Assembly: GCA_963773065.1 (NCBI GenBank)
Contig: CAVYZN010000026.1
Location: 46,672 to 110,671, forward strand
Direction: 5' to 3'
Origin: an uncultured Gammaproteobacteria bacterium
GTDB taxonomy: Bacteria > Pseudomonadota > Gammaproteobacteria > UBA9214
Length of the DNA stretch: 64,000 nt
Every line of letters starts with the position of its first letter. Positions within the stretch are counted from its first letter, which is position 1. A program made the translations under genes and the position numbers. Positions 9,109 through 19,375 of this stretch are shown one piece after another. The notes beneath the pieces are model-generated. The model worked only from the letters and a program-made list of their open reading frames with translations. It did no database searches and was not told the origin of the DNA.

Positions 9109-10476
9109 TTTGTCATCTCAACCCAACACCACCTCGATGCGATACTCCCCGCCGGCCGTGGGCAGGGTGATACGCGCGAGGCCGTCGGTGATCGGCTCAT
9201 CCCGGCCGTCCAGGCGGGCGGCGATCACCTGCCCGCCGCCGTGTGGATTCTCGACCGCGATCGCGCACTGCGTTGCGCCATCGGGCAGGCGGTAGCGCAG
9301 GCGAAACCCGGGCCAGTCGGCCGGGATGCAGGGGCGGATCAGGAGGGTGCGTCCCTGCGTCACGCGCAGGCCGAGCACCGACTCCAGCGCCGCGCGATAC
9401 AGCCAGCCAGCGGATCCGGTGTACCAGCTCCAGCCGCCGCGCCCGACATGCGGCGGCTCGCCATAGACATCCGCCGCCACCACGTAGGGTTCCAGCCGGT
9501 AGGTCGCGACCCGCTCCGCGGTGACCGTATGACTGACCGGGCTCAGCATCTCCAGCACGCGCGCGGCGCGCTCGTTGCGCCCGAGCTCCGCCAGCGCCAT
9601 CACCACCCAGCACGCCGCGTGGGTGTACTGGCCGCCATTCTCGCGCACGCCGGCGACATAGCCCTTGATGTAACCGGGGTCGTGCGGAGTGTCGACGAAG
9701 GCCGGTGTCAACAGGCGCACGATGCCATCAGTCTCCGAGATCAACTGCCGTTCCACCGCGTCCATGGCCTGTTCCGCCCGCGCGCGCGGCGCCGCGCCGG
9801 AGATGACCGACCAGGACTGTGCCAGGGCGTCGATGCGGCACTCCGCATCGCCCTCGCAGCCGAGCGGCGTGCCGTCGTCGTAGTAGGCGCGGCGATACCA
9901 GGCGCCGTCCCAGCCGCTGGCCTCCAGGACCTCCGCGAGGCGGGCACGGTAGTCACGGTAACGGGCGAGGCGCGCCGGGTCGTCGCGGCGCTCGCACAGC
10001 GGCAGAAAGTCGCCGAGGATGCGGTAGAGAAAAAAGCCGAGCCAGACGCTCTCGCCGCGCCCTTCCCGCCCGACGCGGTTCATGCCGTCGTTCCAGTCGC
10101 CCGTGCCCATCAGCGGCAAGCCGTGGGCGCCGCGCGTGAGCGAACGGTCGAGGGCACGGCAGCAGTGCTCGTAGAGGTCGGCGGTGTCGGTTCCGACCTG
10201 CGGCGACAGGTACACCTCGTCCTCGCCGGGTTCCAGCAGCCGCGCATCGAGAAACGGCGCGCGCGCCTCGAGGATGGCGGCATCGCCGGTGACGTCGATG
10301 TAGTGGCTGGTGACATAGGGCAGCCACAGGAGATCATCCGAGAAGCGGGTGCGCAGCCCGCGCTCCAGCGGCGCGGGATGCCACCAGTGCAGCACGTCAC
10401 CCTCCACGAACTGGTGGGCGGCGTGCAGCAGGAGCTGCGCCCGGGTCAGCTCCGGGCGCACGCCTACCAGCGCGGC
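9109..10476 (-). pseudogene. Duplicated 3' fragment of the GH94 glycoside phosphorylase gene
   Basis: Near-identical to 20107-21474 (offset 10998); 5' end missing, replaced by unrelated AT-rich sequence. Confidence 0.9.
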
Positions 10477-10567
10477 ATGACAAAAGGGGGCAAAGCCCAT
10501 TTCTTGCTTACTGCGCTTACTTTTGATAATTGGTAACATGGGTTTTGCGTTCAACCCAGTTTACCTC

Positions 10568-11323
10568 CTAACTCGTCTTGACTCCTTTGAACAGCGCTCC
10601 AATTGTATTGGTCGCAGTTCGATAACCCGTGAAACCAGCAAGTTCCACATCGATAAATCCGGCTTTGGCTAATATTGACAAGAATGTGTCGGGATTTAGG
10701 GTACCAGATACACAGTTGGCCCAAGACTCTTCACCAGTACAGCAAGCAGGAGGCTCAGTGGACGGGTTGCGTACCATGTCGGCCATCTGCAGACGGCCGC
10801 CGGGCCGCAGCACCCGGAATGCTTCTTCCAGTACGGCATGCTTGTCCTCAGCCAGATTGACGGCCCCATTGGAAATAACAACATCAGCAGTGCAATCTGG
10901 CAGGGGCAGTTCCGTCATCTCCGCCTCATGAAATACAGCCTGCGAAAGTCCGCATGCTGTTGCGTTTTCACTAGCCTTTGTGACCATCGCCGGCGTGCAG
11001 TCTACGCCGAAGACCTTTCCCTCTTTTCCGACCAGCAGTGCTGCAACACAGGCATCAGCACCCGCGCCGCAACCAACATCGACAACTGTTTCTCCAGTGT
11101 GAAGCGGACCCAGACTAAATGGATTACCCACCGCAGCGGCTGATTCCCAGACGGTATCCGGCAAGCGATTCAGCCACTCCTCGGCATAGCCCAGAATGCG
11201 GGCATTCTCCTTCCCCTTTCCCCAGCCAAAATCCTTTTCCGGATGTTGTGCCAACTCTGTGTATAGCAAACGAACCTGTTCGAGCGGATTTTCAGTCAAA
11301 CAATCGTTGTCGCATTGATTCAT
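10568..11323 (-). CDS. ArsM-like SAM-dependent methyltransferase
   Basis: GNPFSLG, VVDVGCGAGAD, VISNGAVNL, RVLRPGGRL. Confidence 0.85.
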   Translation of the reverse strand: MNQCDNDCLTENPLEQVRLLYTELAQHPEKDFGWGKGKENARILGYAEEWLNRLPDTVWESAAAVGNPFSLGPLHTGETVVDVGCGAGADACVAALLVGKEGKVFGVDCTPAMVTKASENATACGLSQAVFHEAEMTELPLPDCTADVVISNGAVNLAEDKHAVLEEAFRVLRPGGRLQMADMVRNPSTEPPACCTGEESWANCVSGTLNPDTFLSILAKAGFIDVELAGFTGYRTATNTIGALFKGVKTS

Positions 11324-11331
11324 GGATCGTC

Positions 11332-12135
11332 CTACTCAGGTTTGACTGCCTCAATGTAGGCAGAGACTACATAGTCTTCCACGCCGCTACCTGGCACCCA
11401 GTCCTTGATGAACTCGCGCGACTCATCTTTGGGGGTGATACGGATTTCGCTGAAGCTTGCTACCTCAAGCATTGTCTGTAATTCATCAACAAGGGCAGCG
11501 CCTGCAACGCAGCAAGCATGGAGATGAGAATCGCCTTTCACCTCATCCGAAAGCTCGGCTGTAGCTACCACGTCGGAGATGGCCAGTCGGCCCCCCGGCC
11601 TGAGCACCCTGTAGGTTTCGCGGAAAACCTGAGCTTTGTGGGGTGAGAGGTTAATCACACAGTTGGAAATAATCACATCCACACTACAATCGGCGACAGG
11701 CAGGTGCTCGATTTCTCCAAGGCGGAATTCCACGTTACTGAAACCTGCCTTTTCGGCATTGTGCCTTGCCTTATCCACCATGGCGGGTGTCATATCCACG
11801 CCGATAACCCGGCCACGTTCTCCCACTTCATGCGCTGCCAGAAAGGCGTCGAAGCCGCCACCGCTACCCAGGTCCAACACCACCTCGCCTGCTTGTAGAC
11901 TGGCAATCGCGCGGGGATTGCCACATCCCAGCCCCATATCTGCGCCATCAGGGATATTGATGAGATCATCCTCTGAATAGCCAAGGCGGGTGGAATGCAC
12001 CGGATTGATGTCGGCTGATACCCCGCAGCAACTGGATACTGCACCGCAGCGCTCGCTGACATCACTGGCTTCGGCAACCTTGGCGTAGCTGTCGCGTACC
12101 GACTGCCGGATTTCATCTGCCTGTTCTTGACTCAT
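11332..12135 (-). CDS. arsM: Arsenite S-adenosylmethyltransferase
   Basis: SSCCG, MGLGCGNP, DLGSGGGFD, ISNCVINLSP, ACCVAGA. Confidence 0.9.
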   Translation of the reverse strand: MSQEQADEIRQSVRDSYAKVAEASDVSERCGAVSSCCGVSADINPVHSTRLGYSEDDLINIPDGADMGLGCGNPRAIASLQAGEVVLDLGSGGGFDAFLAAHEVGERGRVIGVDMTPAMVDKARHNAEKAGFSNVEFRLGEIEHLPVADCSVDVIISNCVINLSPHKAQVFRETYRVLRPGGRLAISDVVATAELSDEVKGDSHLHACCVAGAALVDELQTMLEVASFSEIRITPKDESREFIKDWVPGSGVEDYVVSAYIEAVKPE

Positions 12136-12221
12136 ATTTCCTCCTCACCCATATGACGAAATTCTGCCTTGACAAGGTATTGGACTCGCCTAATCATATC
12201 AAAGTATGAGTGTATGAACAT

Positions 12222-12527
12222 ATGAGCATTGACACATATTCTCGCACCGAAGTCAAGCGTCTTGGTCAGATTTTCAAGCTGCTGTCGGAACCTAATCGAC
12301 TGCGTATTATCTTATCGCTAGGCTTGGAATGCCGCCCGGTATCCAACATCGTTGATGACACCGGCATGAGCCAGACGAACGTATCGTTTCATCTGCGGAC
12401 GCTGCGAGAGGCTGGTTTAGTTCGCCCTGAGCGACGGGGAGCCTTTATCTACTATTGCCTGCCCGACAGGCGGTTACTCTCTCTGCTGGACGACTTGCGC
12501 ACATGGCTGAAGCATCAGCACGAATAG
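12222..12527 (+). CDS. ArsR/SmtB-family regulator
   Basis: FKLLSEPNRLRII, SQTNVSFHLRTLREAGLV; divergent from arsM. Confidence 0.9.
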   Translation: MSIDTYSRTEVKRLGQIFKLLSEPNRLRIILSLGLECRPVSNIVDDTGMSQTNVSFHLRTLREAGLVRPERRGAFIYYCLPDRRLLSLLDDLRTWLKHQHE

Positions 12528-13059
12528 ACAGCGGCTGATCTTGATTAGCAGAATACTTGCAAGAGACTACCGTTCAGGCAAATAAAACCTGGCGAGATAT
12601 TACAATGGTCAATAGCATTTATTGCTAGACCCGTGTCAAAAGCAGAACTGGGAATGTGTGTCCGAAAAGCGCTTTATTGAAGAAGGCTGATTATCGGAAG
12701 TATGGCCGACAGTCGGAGCCTGATACCTACATTGCAGATATCCAATCTGCTTTTCCTTCCAAACATTCGATCTGAGAAGCTTAACTTCCGGGGTGGGTCG
12801 ATGGCTGACGATTGCCCTCTGAACCAGAATGTCCGGCATCAGTAACCTTACAGACATCCAGGCCTACGATGCACACCCTCCCCCTAGCCCTTCGCACCGC
12901 GCTCTGATCCGTCGCCTACCGCTACCTGGCACTGCGTCCTTGGGGAACGGTTGCTGGGAACTCTATGGGGTGTGACTGCGGGCGTCGAGCTCATTGCGTA
13001 GGGCTACGTCTTAACTGGATGCCGCGCAGCGTAATCCGGGGCATGGCCCTCTGCCCTGC

Positions 13060-14280
13060 CTATACAATGCGCGGATCGAGCTTCCGTGTGCAAGCAGGCC
13101 TGAACCAGGCTGCGAGGGTGCCGGTCAACACGCCCAGTACTCGCAATGCCCAGGACAGCGGAGCCAGCAGGAAAAGGGCCAGGCGCAAGGCAATCGAGAG
13201 GGCGATAAACCAGAACACGAACTGCACCAACCATGGATTAATGCCCAGCCAGTCTCCTAACTCTGCTAGGGTTGCATTAATCAATTCTGGATGGGTAATC
13301 ATGAGGTAGATTACCGTGGGTATGGCTCCGAGACGGGCGATGGCGACTCCCAGCCGCCCGCCGCGTGCCAGTACCCGTGACCCAAACACAGCCACTCGCC
13401 GGGAGAACCCACCAGCGCGCGCTGCAGCGGCGCCCGGTGCCGCAGCCCTCGCTGCCCGTACTGCCTTGAGTAGTTTCACAGTCGAGGCGATGACAATTAC
13501 ATCCAGAGCGGCCCAGCCAACATCCGAACCCTCAATCTTTTCCCCCTGTCGCCACTTGGTTTCCAGACCTCGCACACTGCCCAAGAAGAAGCCCGAAGAA
13601 CCCTCCATCACCCGCTCGGTTTGCACCCAGTCGGCCTTACCTTTACGAGTTACGACAAACTGCCCTAGGAAGTCATAGCCATCCTCTTGCAGGAATTGAA
13701 TGGCGTACCAACCGCGGTCATCTGCGGTCAGTTTATGTTCTGTTGCCGTAGTAGGCGGTGCAGCATCCATCGGTGTCTGGCCATTAGGCATTGGTACCGT
13801 GGAAAGGGGCTCCGGAGCAAGGGGCGCGTTACCCCCCGTTGTGCACATCAGTCGGCCATATTGGTGTTTAACCTCCTCTATCCACTCGCTCAGAGTATGT
13901 CGCATATTCAATGAGGTCAGGTCGTGGTCTATGAAGTACCCAATGGGTGGTAGAACCGCCTCCCCATATTTCAGCAGCACCTCCTGAAACTGGGGCTCGT
14001 CACCGTAGATAGGCAGAATACGACGTGCCAGGTCGGGGTATCTCATGAGCGCTAGCCGTGCCTTGAGGAGCAGCGGCTCGTTGTCAGCATAGTCGAGCAG
14101 CAGGGCCTGGATCTCCAACGGCTCTGCCGCGATCTGTGACGCCTCCTCCCCAAAAGATTGTCGGACTGCCACCTCGATCAACTGGTCTTCATAAGGGCGT
14201 GTGGATGAGCCGCCGGTCATCCATGCGGCGCTGGCAGCAACCAGACAGGTCAGCAGAAGGGTCGTTGGATTCAGCTTCAT
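13060..14280 (-). CDS. Hypothetical membrane protein
   Basis: 406-aa ORF with N-terminal signal/TM, C-terminal TM segments and GGAGG RBS. Confidence 0.75.
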   Translation of the reverse strand: MKLNPTTLLLTCLVAASAAWMTGGSSTRPYEDQLIEVAVRQSFGEEASQIAAEPLEIQALLLDYADNEPLLLKARLALMRYPDLARRILPIYGDEPQFQEVLLKYGEAVLPPIGYFIDHDLTSLNMRHTLSEWIEEVKHQYGRLMCTTGGNAPLAPEPLSTVPMPNGQTPMDAAPPTTATEHKLTADDRGWYAIQFLQEDGYDFLGQFVVTRKGKADWVQTERVMEGSSGFFLGSVRGLETKWRQGEKIEGSDVGWAALDVIVIASTVKLLKAVRAARAAAPGAAAARAGGFSRRVAVFGSRVLARGGRLGVAIARLGAIPTVIYLMITHPELINATLAELGDWLGINPWLVQFVFWFIALSIALRLALFLLAPLSWALRVLGVLTGTLAAWFRPACTRKLDPRIV

Positions 14281-14597
14281 AAGTCACCTCCGGGGGAGCA
14301 TAAGGAGAATAGAAGCCCATTTCTCTGAAGTCCACGACCATCGAGCTACCGGACATTGTGCCTGGGCCGTTGTCCTGAGCCCTCCGCCCCTGACACTATT
14401 GCACAGTACGCCAAACGCACCTCCCGACCCTCCCGTGCAGGGAATGATCCTACCACCACCCTGGATTGCCAGTACGTCTTGAGCTGGTTAGTCCTGAGAA
14501 TGAGAATAGACTAGATTATCGAGCAATCTTGGTTTCAGCTGGCTATGCCAGGGTAGGATTTCGTTTAGGTCAACCTCATCACAGGATATTCAACTCC

Positions 14598-15704
14598 ATG
14601 AATGATGATGCATCTACCTCTCAGAACAAACAGACCTTTATTCTGATACTCCTTATTGTCGCGCTCGTTGTCAGTGGCATATGGATTTACAAAAAAACAA
14701 ACGAATCAGCACGCCAAGCTATCCTTGCAAAACTGAACCTTGAGTTTTCTCAACTTGTCAGTACTGCGTGGACGCTTAATGATGTGCAGGTCTTTCTCGA
14801 ATCGCTTCCGCAGTCGGAACTCAAAGAACTCGGCGACATGACAGGCAAGAGCGGTGCTACTCCGGAACAATTAGCAAATCACCTGATGTGGTTATCGAAT
14901 TCTTCATTTACCTATCCATTCAAAGATAAGAATGAGGTTAGTTACCATACGGACATTTTGCTTTGGGCCGCACAAAAGAACGGGGTCGCCGCCTCGGTTG
15001 TACTGAGAGCCTGTGAAAATATCGCCAGCCTGCTGCGGACGCCGCTTTGCGGCTGCGGCAGCGTTGCGCCACGCGAAAACTTCGGTCATTTGACTCGCCA
15101 AACTCCCTTGTTTTCGCGCAGCGCGCCTTGCCTCGCACGCAAATCGACGCCCTCGCGACTGCCGTCGATATTTTCACAGGCTCTGAGTTCCTTTCAAGTG
15201 GAACGCCGCCTTTTTGAAAAAAAGTTCGCTCAGACTTGGGATCACCTCAATCCGCAACAACGAACTGAACTGCTTAAACACATGAATGTTAGCGGCTTTA
15301 GCGACAGCCAAAAGGCGGCGCTCATAGCCGGGACAGGCGCTGCTGCTGTAACTGCGCTGTCTGCAACTGTAGCTCTTAGTGGATTTGCCTTTTACACTAC
15401 GATGTCAACAGCAATTGCCGCTAGTGCTGGCCTACTGGGTGTTACCTTACCATTCAGCGTTTATGCTGGGGCTTCGAGTACAGTCGCAGTGCTTAGCGGA
15501 CCAATTGGTTGGAGCATCGCACTTGTCGCAGGTACAGGTGCTGCAATTGGGGCGGCCGCCTCCAACGTAGAAAAGACGACTGAATTTATCCTTGCATTAC
15601 ACAGTTACAAGGCTAGACGGGCTGAGGAGATTGCCAAAAAGATTCAGAATCTCGGTGGAATCGTAAAAGGAAAAATTGGGACGGATTTATTTTCCACTCT
15701 ATGA
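14598..15704 (+). CDS. YaaW/UPF0174-like protein with N-terminal TM, carrying an in-frame MITE
   Basis: WDHLNPQQRTELL, Gly/Ala-rich helices, VLSGPIGW; family call by resemblance only. Confidence 0.6.
   Translation: MNDDASTSQNKQTFILILLIVALVVSGIWIYKKTNESARQAILAKLNLEFSQLVSTAWTLNDVQVFLESLPQSELKELGDMTGKSGATPEQLANHLMWLSNSSFTYPFKDKNEVSYHTDILLWAAQKNGVAASVVLRACENIASLLRTPLCGCGSVAPRENFGHLTRQTPLFSRSAPCLARKSTPSRLPSIFSQALSSFQVERRLFEKKFAQTWDHLNPQQRTELLKHMNVSGFSDSQKAALIAGTGAAAVTALSATVALSGFAFYTTMSTAIAASAGLLGVTLPFSVYAGASSTVAVLSGPIGWSIALVAGTGAAIGAAASNVEKTTEFILALHSYKARRAEEIAKKIQNLGGIVKGKIGTDLFSTL
15007..15183. mobile_element. 177-bp MITE (IS5-like ends) with TGA target duplication
   Basis: Perfect 18-bp TIR GAGCCTGTGAAAATATCG / CGATATTTTCACAGGCTC; TGA on both sides; higher GC than host gene. 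Confidence 0.9.
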
Positions 15705-15800
15705 CCCGAAGCTGCCATCGACAGCTTGAATAAGAAACGTGGGTCAGCGGCCACCCGGGCTGTCACACAACCAGGCCGATGACCGCACTGAGGCAATCGC

Positions 15801-16145
15801 TTACACCTCTGATTGGTTCCAATTGCTGAACGCGAGCAGCCATGTGGAAATATCGGGATACTCATCGCCGCGCGCCCGCAACTGGCCGCCGAGATCGATC
15901 ATCAGTTCCCGAAACTCCCGGATTTGCGCGCGCCAGATCCACTCATCGATGCCCGGGTTGTCCGGCAAGGCTTCATTGGCGATGGAGCCCGCTCCGCCCC
16001 ACATGCGTTTCGAGTTCAGTTCCCGATAGAACCTGGCCTCATCCCTTGCGCCGAGTTCGATCACGGACTTGATCCACGCGGCGCTCTCTCCGGGATGATT
16101 CTCCAGGAGATCACGGATTCGGTGCAGCGTGGTCTGAATATCCAT
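15801..16145 (-). CDS. Hypothetical protein, paralog of 898-1242
   Basis: Shared HPGESAAWI..ELNSKRMWGGAGSIANEAL..WLLAFSNWNQS. Confidence 0.8.
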   Translation of the reverse strand: MDIQTTLHRIRDLLENHPGESAAWIKSVIELGARDEARFYRELNSKRMWGGAGSIANEALPDNPGIDEWIWRAQIREFRELMIDLGGQLRARGDEYPDISTWLLAFSNWNQSEV

Positions 16146-16158
16146 CGCAGAGTGCTCC

Positions 16159-16292
16159 AGGGAAATGCTGATTTATTCGGAATCTGTCATTGCGAGCGTA
16201 GCGAAGCAATCTCTTCCCGATGAATAATCAGCCGCTGACGAGATTGCTTCGTCGCTTCGCTCCTCGCAATGACGAATAAATCAGCGTTCCCT
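16159..16292. mobile_element. MITE with internal GTCATTGCGAG..CTCGCAATGAC palindrome
   Basis: TIR AGGGAAATGCTGATTTATTC / GAATAAATCAGCGTTCCCT; absent from the homologous upstream region of the paralog at 1243-1280. Confidence 0.8.
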
Positions 16293-16412
16293 TAGCGAAA
16301 CGGGTGAATCCGCCCTTGACCGCGAGACAGGTCAGCCGGTGGTTCTGTCACCGTATTCATGGGACAGGAGGGAACGGGCGCAACCGGCGGCCGCCCGGAA
16401 ACCATGAGCGGT

Positions 16413-16970
16413 TTATTCCTTCACGGGTCGCTTGGCGAGTTTTCGCTGCAGGGTGCGGCGGTGCATCTTCAGGGCGCGGGCGGCGGCGGAGACGTTGCCG
16501 CCATGTTCCACCAGAACCTTTTGCAGGTGTTCCCACTCGAGTCGTTTGACGGACGGCGGATTCTCGGCGGGCGGCACCCCGGCATCACCCCCAGTGCGTT
16601 GCAGGGCGGCGATCACCTCATCGGCATTGGCCGGCTTGGCCAGGTAGTGCACGGCGCCGAGCTTGATGGCTTCGACGGCGGTGGCCACGCTGGCATAACC
16701 GGTCAGCATGACGATGCGGGTGTTTTCATCGAGTTCGACCAGCCCCCTGACCAGTTCCAGGCCGGATTCGCTGCCGATGCGCAGGTCGACAACGGCATAT
16801 TCCGGCTCGTGGGTGCGGGCCAGTTGCAGCGCCGCGGTGAGGTCGCTGGCCGTGATGACCTCATAGCCGCGCCTTTTCAACGCCTCACCGAGTACACGGC
16901 AGTAGAGCTCGTCGTCATCGACGAGGAGCAGCACCGGGTACTCGTTGCCGGTCGCCTTGTCATTCATCAC
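16413..16970 (-). CDS. regA: RegA/PrrA-family response regulator
   Basis: LTGYASVATAVEAIKLGA, LEWEHLQKVL, NVSAAARALKMHRRTLQRKLAKR. Confidence 0.92.
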   Translation of the reverse strand: MMNDKATGNEYPVLLLVDDDELYCRVLGEALKRRGYEVITASDLTAALQLARTHEPEYAVVDLRIGSESGLELVRGLVELDENTRIVMLTGYASVATAVEAIKLGAVHYLAKPANADEVIAALQRTGGDAGVPPAENPPSVKRLEWEHLQKVLVEHGGNVSAAARALKMHRRTLQRKLAKRPVKE

Positions 16971-18255
16971 GTCTGGCTACCGGGATTGCCAGGAGGGGAA
17001 GGGTGATGTGTGTCAGCGTGCCGCCACCGTCCCGGTTGCGAACCGTGATGGTGCCCCCGAGGCGCTGCAGGGTCGCATGTGCAAGGTACAGCCCGACGCC
17101 GAGACCATTATTTTTGGTGGTCACCGGATTTTTGCCGAGTTGTCCCTGGAGGGTCGTGTCGATACCCGCGCCACGATCGGTGATATCGAGTGACAGTTGT
17201 GTCGTGGTCCAGCTCGACTGCAGCCTTACATCCTCCGGCGAGGCATCCGCCGCGTTGTTCAGGATGTTGAGGAGCGCCTGGGTGAGTGTGCGTTCCGAAA
17301 GGATCTCGGCGTACGGCGACTGTTCATCAATGTCGCAATGGAGTGACGCACCCGGTCGCTGCGACTGCCAATCAGCGATCACCTCCGCAAGGAAGGCCCT
17401 GACCTGCATACGGTGTCCGGATTCGGCCCGGTCGGCGCCGGCCTCGGCCGATATCACCGACAGCGCCGCCTTGCAGCGGTCCACCTGGCCGCGCAGGATG
17501 CCGAGCTTCTCGTGCAGGTCGGCGTGCGCGGCATCGTTGTATTCGCTCTCGAGTTCCGATGCCAGTATCGCGATCGTGCCTAACGGTGTGCCGAGTTCAT
17601 GGGCCGCGCCGGCGGCAAGCGTGCCCAGCGCAACCAGGCGTTCGTTCCGCAGGGCCTGTTCCCGGGCCTCGGCAAGGCCCCGGTCACGCTGACGCAGGGT
17701 GTGCGACATGCCGACGATGATCACGGCCACGAAACCGGCGCTCATGACGAAACCCAGCCACATGCCGAAGACATGCATCCGGAAGCCGCTGGCATGCGCC
17801 GGGTGTGCAGGTCCCGTATCGTAGGGTGCATTGATCAGAAACAGGCTCGTGTAACAGATAATGGTGACGGTGGCCATGACCCATGTATGGGTGCGCGGCA
17901 GGATGGTTGCCGCAATCATGAGGGGTAACAAGTAGAACCACACAACAGGATTGGAGGCGCCGCCGCTATAGAAGAAGATTCCGGTCAGCCCGGCGATGTC
18001 CAGCAGCATCTGGCCGAAAATCTCGCCGTCGCCGATGCGTGCGCCGCGCCGGTGACGCAGCCAGGCGCCCACATTCAGCATGATGATCAGTGCAAGGATG
18101 ATGAACAGGGGTTGCAGGGGAAGTGGCAGGTCGAAATAGCCGGTCGCAATGGCGATGCCGGCAGCAATACCGCCAATCTCGACGTTGCGCAGCAGTATCA
18201 GCCGCGTGGCGTTCCGCCGTGAGGTGTCCTTCCGGGTGTCGTTCGATCTGATCAT
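16960..18255 (-). CDS. regB: RegB/PrrB-family sensor kinase
   Basis: Six TM segments, SGGASNP, AAGAAHELGTPL, Cys in DRCK. Confidence 0.88.
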   Translation of the reverse strand: MIRSNDTRKDTSRRNATRLILLRNVEIGGIAAGIAIATGYFDLPLPLQPLFIILALIIMLNVGAWLRHRRGARIGDGEIFGQMLLDIAGLTGIFFYSGGASNPVVWFYLLPLMIAATILPRTHTWVMATVTIICYTSLFLINAPYDTGPAHPAHASGFRMHVFGMWLGFVMSAGFVAVIIVGMSHTLRQRDRGLAEAREQALRNERLVALGTLAAGAAHELGTPLGTIAILASELESEYNDAAHADLHEKLGILRGQVDRCKAALSVISAEAGADRAESGHRMQVRAFLAEVIADWQSQRPGASLHCDIDEQSPYAEILSERTLTQALLNILNNAADASPEDVRLQSSWTTTQLSLDITDRGAGIDTTLQGQLGKNPVTTKNNGLGVGLYLAHATLQRLGGTITVRNRDGGGTLTHITLPLLAIPVARRDE

Positions 18256-18306
18256 GATGGGACCATCATGGTATCAAGACGGTGCATGAGCAACTGCCCC
18301 CTTGCT

Positions 18307-18321
18307 GCGGCAATTTGTCGC
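18307..18321. promoter_or_regulatory. RegA/RegR box
   Basis: GCGGC-AATTT-GTCGC matches the GCGGC-N5-GTCGC RegR consensus; lies in the regB / porin divergent intergenic region. Confidence 0.7.
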
Positions 18322-18411
18322 ATGGCCGCGCCATGCCCGGGTTAGTAGTATCCGCGCCTGGTGCAGACTCAGGCCAACCGTAACTGAAATTGCCGTAAGG
18401 GAAAAACGATA

Positions 18412-19371
18412 ATGAAAAATTCGTTGGGGGCACTGGCACTCGTGGCAGCCGTCGTGGCCACGAATGCCGCGGCTTGTGACTACTGCCTTATCAGTCAAGG
18501 AATATCGCCACTGCTGACGCAGAACGGCGCCGGACTCAAGGTCGCGCAGCGCTACACGCTGCTCGACAACGTCTACAGCGGCACGGACAAGGTCGACAAT
18601 CCCGGCGTCAAGGAGGAGTACTGGTCCACCGAATTGTCGGGTTTTTACGGTTTCTCCGAGCGCTTTCTCGTCCTCGTCGATCTCCCGCTGCGCAAGACCC
18701 GGGGTGACGGCGAACTCACGGAGGGCACCAGCGGGGAGCCGGAACGCGAGGATATGACCGGCGGCGCCACGGGTATGGGAGACGTCTCGGTGCTCGGCCG
18801 CTACACCGTGTTCAGCCGGCACACACTCGATGCCACCACCCTCCTGGCAGGTGTCTTCGGACTCAAGCTGCCGACCGGCAGCACCAACCAGCACAGTAAT
18901 CAGGGCGAGTATCTCGATGCGCATCTGCAGCTCGGTACCGGTTCAACCGATCTGTTGCTGGGGGTGTCGGCGTATCATGTGCTGGGCCGCTATTCCGTAT
19001 CCGCCAACCTGCTGGCTTCAATCACCGGTGAGGGCGAGACCGGCGATACCAAGCACCGCTTCGGCAATTCCCTGAACTACGATGTTACGGGTAAATACCG
19101 GGTATCGCCCGCTGTGATGGGCGAGTCTTCGAATGAGCTGTTCCTCTCACTTGGCGTGAACGGAGAATACCGTCAGCACGAGAAGCTCGACGGCGACACG
19201 GTGCCAGACTCGGGCGGGCACACGATTTACCTGACGCCCGGCATCCAGTATGTTGCCGGTACACACTGGGTATTCGAGACCACTTGGCAGTACGCCGTGT
19301 ATCATGATTTGAACGAGACGCAGCTTGGCGAGAACTACAAGCTCTTCGCTTCCGCGACCTACCTGTTCTGA
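18412..19371 (+). CDS. Outer-membrane beta-barrel (MetA-pathway transporter-like) with N-terminal CDYC
   Basis: Signal peptide, GMGDVSV, GLKLPTG, QLGTGSTD, C-terminal YLF. Confidence 0.8.
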   Translation: MKNSLGALALVAAVVATNAAACDYCLISQGISPLLTQNGAGLKVAQRYTLLDNVYSGTDKVDNPGVKEEYWSTELSGFYGFSERFLVLVDLPLRKTRGDGELTEGTSGEPEREDMTGGATGMGDVSVLGRYTVFSRHTLDATTLLAGVFGLKLPTGSTNQHSNQGEYLDAHLQLGTGSTDLLLGVSAYHVLGRYSVSANLLASITGEGETGDTKHRFGNSLNYDVTGKYRVSPAVMGESSNELFLSLGVNGEYRQHEKLDGDTVPDSGGHTIYLTPGIQYVAGTHWVFETTWQYAVYHDLNETQLGENYKLFASATYLF

Positions 19372-19375
19372 CACC

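Noticed and set aside
10477-10554. MNAKP start shared with the NYN gene at 37883
   Set aside because: Only about 15 bp match and the start is TTG with no wider homology; most likely chance.
12540-13050. Small ORFs between arsR and the membrane protein gene
   Set aside because: No recognisable motifs or RBS; treated as non-coding or decayed sequence.
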